Both the position numbers and the translations under genes were made by a program. From Balneolia bacterium (GTDB lineage: Bacteria; Bacteroidota; Rhodothermia; Balneolales; Cyclonatronaceae), in contig PXAI01000332.1 of assembly GCA_003567135.1 (NCBI GenBank), forward strand, positions 1 to 42,512: 42,512 bases of DNA, in the 5' to 3' direction. Positions 7,398-15,870 of this stretch are shown in pieces. The notes under the pieces were generated by a model, which was not told where the DNA came from, made no database searches, and was given only the letters and a program-made list of their open reading frames with translations. Every line of letters begins with the position of its first letter. The first letter of the stretch is position 1.

Positions 7398-10300
7398 ATG
7401 ATCAACATGATAAGAAAGCTACTAAGTTTAGCCGTGATCTTGTTGTTTCCGGTGTTTGCTATCGCACAGACAGCAACAATTTCCGGTACAATAACGGACG
7501 CTGCAACTGGTGAACCGCTCATCGGTGCTTCAGTCCTGGTCACCGAACTCGGCACAGGTGCTTCGTCTAACCTTGACGGTGAATACACGATTACTAATGT
7601 ACCCTACGGTTCATATAATCTTCGCATTTCATTCGTCGGTTATACAACACTTCGTGAAACAATCGAGGTAAATCAAGCCACTATAGAGCGCAATTTCGAA
7701 CTTCGAGTAGACCCAAGAGGTCTTGAAGATGTCGTTGTAACCTCTCAGGCTATTGAAAGAGAATCCCGTTCACTCGGTTACTCCATTTCTTCCGTTTCTG
7801 GTGAAGAAATTTCCGCAGTTAGAGACGCGAGCGTTATCAGCTCCCTCTCAGGCCGCGTACCGGGTCTGGACGTAACCCAGCAATCAGGTAACCTCGGCGG
7901 TTCAACCCGTATTGTTCTTCGTGGTGTATCCTCACTTGCGGGCGACAACCAGCCACTATTCGTAGTAGATGGTGTGCCTATTTCTAACTCAAACATTAAC
8001 GACGAGCGTCTTTCCGGTACCGTTGATGTTGGTAACCGTGCCAATGACATCAACCCTGATGACATTGAGTCTGTTACTGTACTTCGTGGCGCTGCTGCTG
8101 CTGCTCTCTACGGCCAGCGCGCGCGTAACGGCGTTATTATGGTTACAACAAAAAGAGGCCAGGATGTTCCAAATGCGAATATCTCTATTAATTCTTCTGT
8201 TCAGTTCAGCGACGTTGCAAAACTCCCTGACTTCCAGAATGAATTCGCAGCCGGTATTGATGGTCAATACAGCACTGGCCTTGGCTCAAGCTGGGGACCG
8301 AGAATCGAAGGGCAGGAAGAAGAAGATTTCCGTGGTGAAATCGTTCGCCTTGAAGCTTCACCTGATAACGTTCGTGATTTCTACGATACCGGTGTTAACC
8401 TGATCAACAGCGTTTCAATTTCCAACGCTGATGCTAACAGTGATTACCGTCTTGGCTTTACATCTCTGAACCAGACCGGTATCATTCCTGGTGCTGAACT
8501 TGACAGATTCACCCTGAACTTTAACTCAGGTACACGTCTTGCTTCCAATATCAATGCTCGTATTGGTGCAAACTATGTTACCTCAACTTCAGAAGGTAGA
8601 GCTGTTGCCGGTGGTAACGACCCGAACGTTCTTACTTCACTGCTCAACACACTGCCAAGAACGGTTTCTAATGCCCAGCTTCGCGATTATATCAATCCGG
8701 ACGGAACGCAGAACCCGCTTACCAACTTTACAAATAACCCGTACTGGTTGGTTAGAGAGAATACCTGGAGCAACGAAGTTGAAAGACTTTACGGTTTCGC
8801 TCTTGTTGAGTACAACCCTTATGAGTGGCTTGGCTTCTCTGCACGTTTCGGTACCGATGGCGTAACTGAAACCAGAAGAAGAATCAACCGTCCTGGTACA
8901 ATTGGCCGTGAAGGCGGTGGTTGGACAGACAATACCATCATCGAGCGTCAGTTCAACAGTGATATCATGATGAACGTTGAACGCGACATTACCGATGAAA
9001 TCAACTTCAGAGGTATTATTGGTCACAACATCAACACAAGAAGAGTTGAGCGTACCAACAACACAGCGAACACGCTGACGATAGACAGGCTATACTCTTA
9101 CGCTAACGTTGAGAGCAATAGCCCAAGCAACAGCTTTGTTGAGCGCCGTCTCGTTGGTGTTTACGGGGATGTAACATTTGGTTTCAGAAACTACCTCTTC
9201 CTTAATCTTACAGGTAGAAATGACTGGAGTTCAACACTTCCAACTGATTCCAACTCTTTCTTCTATCCGTCAGCTAACCTGAGTTTTGTATTCACCGAGG
9301 CGTTTGACCTTGCAGGTGATATCCTTTCTTATGGTAAGTTAAGACTTAACGCTGCTCAGGTAGGTTCTGATGAGAGCCCGTACCAGCTTCAGTTTACGTT
9401 CTCACCGGTTAGCTCAATCTTCGGGCAGTACGGCACAGGTAGTACCTTCCCATTCGGTGGTCTGACAGGTTTCTCTGCTCAGGGTACTGTTCCTCCGACA
9501 GATCTTAAGCCACAGCGCCAGACTCAGTATGAGATTGGTGGTGAGTTCCAGTTCCTCGACGGACTCTTCGGTCTTGACGTTACTTACTACAACACAGTAA
9601 CTTCAGATCAGATTATCTCACTTCCAAGACCTCCATCCACAGGTTTCGGTGCACTTCGTACCAACGTGGGTGAAGTTTCAAACAAAGGTATTGAGCTTGT
9701 ACTTGATGCATCTCCATTCCGCGGACGTGACTTCGCGTGGACTCTTACTACAAACTTCGCGAAAAACACCAACCGTGTTGAGTCGCTCGCAGACGGTGTA
9801 GACGAAATCGTTATCGCATCCGGTTTCAACGGCCTTCAGGTTGTTGCTGAACCAGGTGAGAGCCTCGGCCTCTACGGTCTTGGATGGCTTACTGATGATG
9901 ACGGCAACTACATCATCGACGAAAACACCGGTCTTCGTCGCGCAGGTGAGCGTCAGCGTCTTGGCAGCACCGACCCAGATTTCCGGGTAGGTTTAAACAA
10001 TGCATTCCGTTTCAGAGACTTCGATTTCAGCTTCCTCATCGACTGGAAGCAGGGTGGAGTTGTTTTCTCACAGACAGTTAACTCTCTCCGTAGAGCGGGT
10101 GTTTCTGAAGAGACTGCTACAAACCGTTTTGGTTCCTTCATTGATCAGGGTGTTATCATCACCGGAACAGATGACGATGGCAACATCACATCTACACGTC
10201 CGAACGATGTACCTGTTCAAAGCATGCAGGCTTTCTGGCAGAACATTGCCCGTGCCGATGTAATGCAGGGTGGAATCTACGAATCAACTTACGTTAAACT

Positions 10301-10532
10301 GCGTCAGGTTAGAATTGGCTACACACTGCCAAGAAGTCTCCTCGAGAACACGTTCCTTGGAACGGCTTCTGTAGGTTTTGAAGCAAGAAACCTCTTCACG
10401 CTGTTTACAACCGTACCACACATCGATCCTGAAACAAACCTGTTTGGTTCAGCTTCTGATGGTCAGGGTATTGAGTGGAATAACCTTCCATCTACCCGTC
10501 AGTATGGTTTCAACGTCAGATTCACTTTCTAA
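7398..10532 (+). CDS. SusC/RagA-family TonB-linked outer membrane transporter
   Basis: 1044 aa with a signal peptide. N-terminal carboxypeptidase-regulatory-like domain (TISGTITDAATGEPLIGASVLV..G..S..DG.Y.I.NVP.G.Y.L..SFVGY). Plug motifs (SLSGRVPGL, RGVSSL...PLFVVDGVP, ESVTVLRGAAAAALYG.RA.NGVI). Terminal ...GFNVRFTF. The start could instead be ATG 7407. Confidence 0.95.
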   Translation: MINMIRKLLSLAVILLFPVFAIAQTATISGTITDAATGEPLIGASVLVTELGTGASSNLDGEYTITNVPYGSYNLRISFVGYTTLRETIEVNQATIERNFELRVDPRGLEDVVVTSQAIERESRSLGYSISSVSGEEISAVRDASVISSLSGRVPGLDVTQQSGNLGGSTRIVLRGVSSLAGDNQPLFVVDGVPISNSNINDERLSGTVDVGNRANDINPDDIESVTVLRGAAAAALYGQRARNGVIMVTTKRGQDVPNANISINSSVQFSDVAKLPDFQNEFAAGIDGQYSTGLGSSWGPRIEGQEEEDFRGEIVRLEASPDNVRDFYDTGVNLINSVSISNADANSDYRLGFTSLNQTGIIPGAELDRFTLNFNSGTRLASNINARIGANYVTSTSEGRAVAGGNDPNVLTSLLNTLPRTVSNAQLRDYINPDGTQNPLTNFTNNPYWLVRENTWSNEVERLYGFALVEYNPYEWLGFSARFGTDGVTETRRRINRPGTIGREGGGWTDNTIIERQFNSDIMMNVERDITDEINFRGIIGHNINTRRVERTNNTANTLTIDRLYSYANVESNSPSNSFVERRLVGVYGDVTFGFRNYLFLNLTGRNDWSSTLPTDSNSFFYPSANLSFVFTEAFDLAGDILSYGKLRLNAAQVGSDESPYQLQFTFSPVSSIFGQYGTGSTFPFGGLTGFSAQGTVPPTDLKPQRQTQYEIGGEFQFLDGLFGLDVTYYNTVTSDQIISLPRPPSTGFGALRTNVGEVSNKGIELVLDASPFRGRDFAWTLTTNFAKNTNRVESLADGVDEIVIASGFNGLQVVAEPGESLGLYGLGWLTDDDGNYIIDENTGLRRAGERQRLGSTDPDFRVGLNNAFRFRDFDFSFLIDWKQGGVVFSQTVNSLRRAGVSEETATNRFGSFIDQGVIITGTDDDGNITSTRPNDVPVQSMQAFWQNIARADVMQGGIYESTYVKLRQVRIGYTLPRSLLENTFLGTASVGFEARNLFTLFTTVPHIDPETNLFGSASDGQGIEWNNLPSTRQYGFNVRFTF

Positions 10533-10560
10533 TTTTTAAACCTACTTGTATAGTTTTCAT

Positions 10561-12003
10561 ATGAAAAAATTAATCACATTTCTTTTAGCAATTGGCGTCT
10601 TGTTTGCTTTTCAGGCTTGCGACAGCTTCCTGGACGTAAATACTGACCCTAACGCTGCTACGGAAGTACCGGGAGACGTTCTTTTCCCAACGGTGCAGGC
10701 CAATATGGCAGCGAGAACGATTGAAAGTGGCCCTGGCGGACTGTTCTTTTCACAGCTCTGGGGTCCCAGAGGCTCGACAGGTGTATTCCTTGAGCCAGAC
10801 AGATACCAAATCAGTGAGTTTACTACTGGTAACACTTGGTCAGGTATGTATGGTACCGTTCTTCGTAATATTACCATTATGATTGAGCAGGCTGAGGAAG
10901 CTACTCCTCCCAATAATAACGCTGCGGCACAGGGCAAAATCCTTGCAGCAAGCGTTTATTACATGTTGACCACCCTCTTTGAGGACATCCCTTTCTCACA
11001 GGCTAATAACCCTGAGTTCGAAAACCCTGAGTTTGATTCTCAGCGTGACGCTCTCTTCGGGATTATTGAGCTTGCGCAGGAAGGAATTGACCAGCTTGAT
11101 TTCGAAGAAGATGTTTTTGTTGGTGTAGTTGATGGTGACCTCATCTATGGTGGTGACCTTCAGAACTGGGCGCGCTTCGGCCGTTCACTCCAGCTCAAAG
11201 CATACATGCTTCTGAGAAACGGTGGCGAAAACGTTGATTCTCAAATCACAACTCTCCTTCAGGGTGATCTGATTCGTCAGAACAGCCAGAATGCGAAAAT
11301 TCCATTCTTTGATAATGACGACAATGCCAACATGAAGTGGAATCTTATGAACCTTTTCAGTGGTGGCGATAACGTATGGTGGGCCGGTGGTGCTGCTCTC
11401 GTTGACCTCATGAATGAATATGAGGATCCACGCAGAGCTACTTTCCTGTATCCACTTACTGATTCTGATCCTCCGGCGTATGCTGGTGCTCTTCCGGGAA
11501 CAACCGGCGGTGTGAACCGTGCAGTCGTTTCAGCGGTACATTTGAATGTACTTCAAAGAGACTGGCCGGAAAGGCTTATAACGTCTTCAGAAGTAGTATT
11601 GCAGGAAGCTGAGTTTTACCACAGAACCGGTAACACCGGTGCTGCCCGTCAGGCTTTTGAAGATGGGGTAAGATTGAGCATGGGCTTCTTTAATGGAAAA
11701 GATGGTGAAATCCCTGCTGCAACGCAGGATGCATTCATCGCCCAACTCCTTGCTGACTATGACAGCCGCGACAATGCTGGTCAACTGCGGATGATTCATG
11801 AACAACAATACATTGACCTGTTCGAAAGAGGGCAAGATGGCTGGACACAGTGGAGAAGAACCAAGGTGCCTGAGCTTACAATGCCTCAAAACGCTGTATT
11901 GGGTGACTTCATCAGAAGATATAACTACCCACCGGCTGAGAGAAACTCTAACCCGAACACCCCAGCACCTGTTTCAGGTGACACACCAATGTGGTTTGAA
12001 TAA
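10561..12003 (+). CDS. SusD/RagB-family outer membrane lipoprotein
   Basis: MKKLITFLLAIGVLFAFQAC lipobox followed by DSFLDVNTDPN, a typical SusD N-terminus. It sits immediately downstream of SusC and has TPR-like helical content. The track start at 10546 (TTG) is probably an over-extension. Confidence 0.9.
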   Translation: MKKLITFLLAIGVLFAFQACDSFLDVNTDPNAATEVPGDVLFPTVQANMAARTIESGPGGLFFSQLWGPRGSTGVFLEPDRYQISEFTTGNTWSGMYGTVLRNITIMIEQAEEATPPNNNAAAQGKILAASVYYMLTTLFEDIPFSQANNPEFENPEFDSQRDALFGIIELAQEGIDQLDFEEDVFVGVVDGDLIYGGDLQNWARFGRSLQLKAYMLLRNGGENVDSQITTLLQGDLIRQNSQNAKIPFFDNDDNANMKWNLMNLFSGGDNVWWAGGAALVDLMNEYEDPRRATFLYPLTDSDPPAYAGALPGTTGGVNRAVVSAVHLNVLQRDWPERLITSSEVVLQEAEFYHRTGNTGAARQAFEDGVRLSMGFFNGKDGEIPAATQDAFIAQLLADYDSRDNAGQLRMIHEQQYIDLFERGQDGWTQWRRTKVPELTMPQNAVLGDFIRRYNYPPAERNSNPNTPAPVSGDTPMWFE

Positions 12004-12026
12004 TCTAACTCAATTTATTGAATAAC

Positions 12027-12533
12027 ATGAAATATCTGTCATATATACTCTTTTTCGCCGTTCTTGCCTTTGCATACGGCTGTGAAGACATCACGGAAGA
12101 CTTTGACATTGACAATGAGGCACACGATGCGTTCGTATTGTTCGCTCCGGCTTCAAGTCAGGATGTCAGCGCTACTCCTTCCGCAACCGATCCTGTTATT
12201 GTGAACCTGAATGTTCAGGTAAGACCTAATTTCAGGGTTCGTGAGAGCCTTACTGTGAACCTCAACATTGGTGGAACAGCTACTCTTGGTAACGATTTCG
12301 TTCTCGAAAGCACGTTTGTACAAGAGCCGCCAACAACTACTGATGAAGAAACTGGTGAAGTTGAAATCGATCCGATTCAAACTTTCCAAATTCCGGTAGA
12401 AATTCTGCCAAATGCTGCTGCAGGTTCAACAATTGAAGTAACCCTTTCATCTGCAACTGTTTCAAGTGGACTTGATATCAGTGTTAATGAAGGCAGCTTC
12501 AACCAGACTCGTGTAATTCAGATTGGCGGATAA
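12027..12533 (+). CDS. Small lipoprotein with a Calx-beta-like domain, third gene of the SusC/D operon
   Basis: MKYLSYILFFAVLAFAYGC lipobox. LTVNLNIGGTATLGNDFVLES resembles the Calx-beta GTAxxGxDF signature, with beta-rich flanks. A terminator follows directly. Confidence 0.7.
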   Translation: MKYLSYILFFAVLAFAYGCEDITEDFDIDNEAHDAFVLFAPASSQDVSATPSATDPVIVNLNVQVRPNFRVRESLTVNLNIGGTATLGNDFVLESTFVQEPPTTTDEETGEVEIDPIQTFQIPVEILPNAAAGSTIEVTLSSATVSSGLDISVNEGSFNQTRVIQIGG

Positions 12534-12569
12534 TCCCCAAAGCTGATACACAGTTAAAAAACTGAATAA

Positions 12570-12603
12570 GGGGCAGGCCATTTTTGGTCTGTCCCTTTTT
12601 TGT
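12570..12603 (+). terminator. Rho-independent terminator of the SusC-SusD-lipoprotein operon
   Basis: An 11-bp stem (ggggcaggcca / tggtctgtccc, with two G-U pairs), a 4-nt loop, then TTTTTTG. Confidence 0.75.
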
Positions 12604-12733
12604 TTGATAAATATGCGAACAGGCTGAACTTTACGTTAAAATTATGTATTGTTTCATATATGGAAATAAACTGAGCAGCATTCGCTCTGAATTTACTCTT
12701 CTATAACCAAGCTTTGAAAACACTATCCGCTTC

Positions 12734-14104
12734 ATGAAGTATTTGGCCATTGCCCCCTTATTTATGTTGTTACTTGCCTGTTCATCCGCTGATCAGGCCA
12801 CGCAACAGTCAGCCTCACAGGTTAGCACATCTGAAGGGCCACAGTTTTTCGCCAGGGCTAATTATCAGATTGATGACGACCTCAACACTATACTTGTAGT
12901 CCATTTATCATTGCAGGACAACAGCATTATAACTTCCTATGCAGATGGTCAGGCCAGCCAGCGATTTGAGTTTTCAGTGCGAATATCAGACGAAACCGGT
13001 AACACGGTTTTTAGTGATAAGCAGGTTATCTCGCTTGATACGGATGAAATTGGGCGCAACAGCCAGATTCAGAAAAAAGTCCCGGTTCCTCATGGCGCCT
13101 ATAATGCGGAAGTAACGGTAACGGATAAAAGTAATAACAACAGTAATACAGTTGCGCTCTATAAAGAAATTCCTAATCTCGAAGAAGAGACCATAATTCT
13201 CAGTAATGTGATTGTCTCTACAGTTGAAGACACGCTATCTTCGGTACAGGGAGATACCGTAAACATTCAGTACCAGCTTGTCAACCGGTCTGATCAGGAG
13301 TTGTCTGTTTACGCCAGATTGTACCAGATCTCTACAGATAACCAGCTGCCGCGCAGAATGGGGCTCAGGTCACCAAGCCGTGGCAGTATTCAGTTTCAGG
13401 GGATTGACCTGACAGATCGCACACTGCTTGAATCTGACAACTACACGATAGATTACGGTGACTATGTCCAGACGAAATCACTCAGCCTCGATATCGAGGA
13501 AACCGGCTATTTCGTTGTCAGGGTTACCGTAGAGGACGATAACCGCGAAGTACTTGCCAGTAATGAAGAATCATTTACCTATTTCGGTCAGTCTTTTCCG
13601 TATGTGAATACCGTAAAAGATATGGCAGACGCTCTCTTTTATTTGATGACACGAAGCGAATATCGTAATCTTCTTGCCGCAGAAACCGAAGAAGACATGA
13701 AGCAAAAAATGGATCAGTTCTGGCTGAGCAACATTGAAGACCGTGCCCAGGCTGCAGAGGTAATCAACCTTTATTTTACAAGGGTAGAGCAGGCGAACAG
13801 GTTTTTCTCCGGCTACAAACAGGGATGGATGACCGATAAAGGCTACGTTTACATTCTCTTTGGAGCTCCGATGTACATAGAGAAATATTTCGATCGGGAA
13901 ACCTGGGTATACGGGCCGAATCGCTATACCGACAATACTGTATTCCAGTTCCGCCGCGGACAGGTCAGAAGTTCAATCTATGATCATTCACACTACATTC
14001 TTGAGAGAAGAGGCCACAGCTTTACCAACAACTACGAAGCGATTGAGTACGACAGAATCAGTGAGTGGCTGAGCGGATATATTCTCAGAAAAAGAGACTA
14101 CTGA
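12734..14104 (+). CDS. GWxTD domain-containing lipoprotein (paralog 2)
   Basis: Lipobox MLLLAC. The C-terminus reads ...QFWLSNIED..LYFTRVEQANRFFSGYKQGWMTDKGYVYILFGAP...EWLSG. It has the same two-module N-terminal architecture as paralogs 1 and 3. Confidence 0.85.
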   Translation: MKYLAIAPLFMLLLACSSADQATQQSASQVSTSEGPQFFARANYQIDDDLNTILVVHLSLQDNSIITSYADGQASQRFEFSVRISDETGNTVFSDKQVISLDTDEIGRNSQIQKKVPVPHGAYNAEVTVTDKSNNNSNTVALYKEIPNLEEETIILSNVIVSTVEDTLSSVQGDTVNIQYQLVNRSDQELSVYARLYQISTDNQLPRRMGLRSPSRGSIQFQGIDLTDRTLLESDNYTIDYGDYVQTKSLSLDIEETGYFVVRVTVEDDNREVLASNEESFTYFGQSFPYVNTVKDMADALFYLMTRSEYRNLLAAETEEDMKQKMDQFWLSNIEDRAQAAEVINLYFTRVEQANRFFSGYKQGWMTDKGYVYILFGAPMYIEKYFDRETWVYGPNRYTDNTVFQFRRGQVRSSIYDHSHYILERRGHSFTNNYEAIEYDRISEWLSGYILRKRDY

Positions 14105-15565
14105 TCAGTTGCGCCTTGTGAGGACTGCACCGGTAAGCCAGTCGTTAATCCGCTCAAATTCTATGCTCTGGTAAAACCGGTTACGAACCAGCACGTAATG
14201 GGAAAAAGGGAAAGATGTTCCCGTAACGCGTGCGCGGTCAAACCGGAAAATCATCCGGGGATCCATCTGATTAAATCCGTAGTACCAGATATGTGAATCG
14301 ATGGTATTTTCCACAGATACTGGAGGGCCAAATAGTATGTAAACCATCCCCATATCCGTTTTCCAGCCTTCTTTGAATGTGGAAAACAGGCGGTTTGCTT
14401 CCTCAACGCGGTTATAATACATCTCGATTACATCACGTGCCTTATTTCTGTCCCGGATATTTTCAAGCCAGAACGTATCGATTGCGCGTTTGAGAGAGTC
14501 AGGATCGTTAATCGTGTTAAGTTTTCTAAACTCACGGGGCGACATCAGATAGTACAAAGGCGCAGCCAGCTCCTCCGGCGTTCCGATTTCGGGGTAGTTA
14601 GGGCTCATCAGGCTGAAATCCCTGAATTTCGACGGAGAAACATCTTCACCCAGACTTTCATCCAGCCTGACTTCAAACCTGTACACACCCTGGCGGGGAC
14701 GCGGAATGATGTACTCAATCAAAACGGGTCCGGTTTCATCATCGAAAGTGCGGGTTTGCTGCTGAACGAGCGTCGTGTCGCTGTAGTCGATGCCCCGATA
14801 GGCTAACGATCCGGTGGTAAGCGGTAAGGCGCTCATCGCTCTCGGCGGCTCGTCATCCGACCTGAAGCGAATCAGGTTCATGATCAGCTCATCAGTTTGA
14901 TCTGCGTTAAATCTGTCGACATAAAAACTGAATTTCAGCGAATCGGCTCTCCCCTGAATGGTGTAGGATGAGATATTTTTGATATCTCCGTTACTGAGCG
15001 CGTCCACTTTTATGTCGGAAACCACGGTACCTTCGCTTTCCGGATCAGGAATCTGAACAATCAGCTGTGTTGGGGTTGTGTTTCCTGAAGACTTATCCGT
15101 CACCTGAATGGTAATCTGATATTCTCCCGGTTCGAGCCTCACGCTTCGGTTGTAGATGAAATTCTCGGCTCCGCCTGATCGGCGTTTATCAACCACGGTA
15201 AATTCATCATGGATTCGCTGTACGGTTTCGGTGTCGCCTTCAGTGCCTTTTTTGGAGAAGTAGGATACAATCCGGACATCCGTTTTTCTTTCTCCCTCAA
15301 TATTGCGGAAGATAAGCGCGCGTTTTGGCAGCGTGATTGTCAGATCAATAACGGGCGTATCATCTTCATAAAAACCCAGCGCCCGTGCCATCACTTCGGG
15401 ATACCCGACCCGGTAATTATGGCTTGAACCAGGGTCAGTCCGGTTTTCGGATGTGGTGCCGCACTGAACCAGGAAAAATCCGCTGATCAGGATGATCAAC
15501 AGAATACCTGCTTTACCAAAACTGAACGCGCCGGGGGATTGCAATGATGTATGTGCCTGGGTCAT
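14105..15565 (-). CDS. GWxTD domain-containing lipoprotein (paralog 3)
   Basis: Lipobox FLVQC. The C-terminus reads ...TFWLENIRD..MYYNRVEEANRLFSTFKEGWKTDMGMVYILFGPP...DWLTG. By eye it is closest to paralog 1. Confidence 0.85.
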   Translation of the reverse strand: MTQAHTSLQSPGAFSFGKAGILLIILISGFFLVQCGTTSENRTDPGSSHNYRVGYPEVMARALGFYEDDTPVIDLTITLPKRALIFRNIEGERKTDVRIVSYFSKKGTEGDTETVQRIHDEFTVVDKRRSGGAENFIYNRSVRLEPGEYQITIQVTDKSSGNTTPTQLIVQIPDPESEGTVVSDIKVDALSNGDIKNISSYTIQGRADSLKFSFYVDRFNADQTDELIMNLIRFRSDDEPPRAMSALPLTTGSLAYRGIDYSDTTLVQQQTRTFDDETGPVLIEYIIPRPRQGVYRFEVRLDESLGEDVSPSKFRDFSLMSPNYPEIGTPEELAAPLYYLMSPREFRKLNTINDPDSLKRAIDTFWLENIRDRNKARDVIEMYYNRVEEANRLFSTFKEGWKTDMGMVYILFGPPVSVENTIDSHIWYYGFNQMDPRMIFRFDRARVTGTSFPFSHYVLVRNRFYQSIEFERINDWLTGAVLTRRN

Positions 15566-15870
15566 TTAATCGTTGAGGTCTGAATATGATCCGAAGATAC
15601 AGAAGTCAATATACATAACGCTGAACCGTGGTGCTCCTTGTGCAGATAAATTAATCCTGACAGCCGGATTTTTTTTAAAGTGACACCCTCAACCATAATA
15701 CAGGTAATGATTATTTTACCAGTACAAGCCGTATTACAAAGCATAAAAAATCCATAATGGGAATGATAATTTGTATATTCACGGTGATAAACAAGACATT
15801 AGAATGATCGCCGCGTTTCGGGTTTTCGGCTTGTAATCTGTACCTGAGCGGCACACTATTATTTAAAGTT

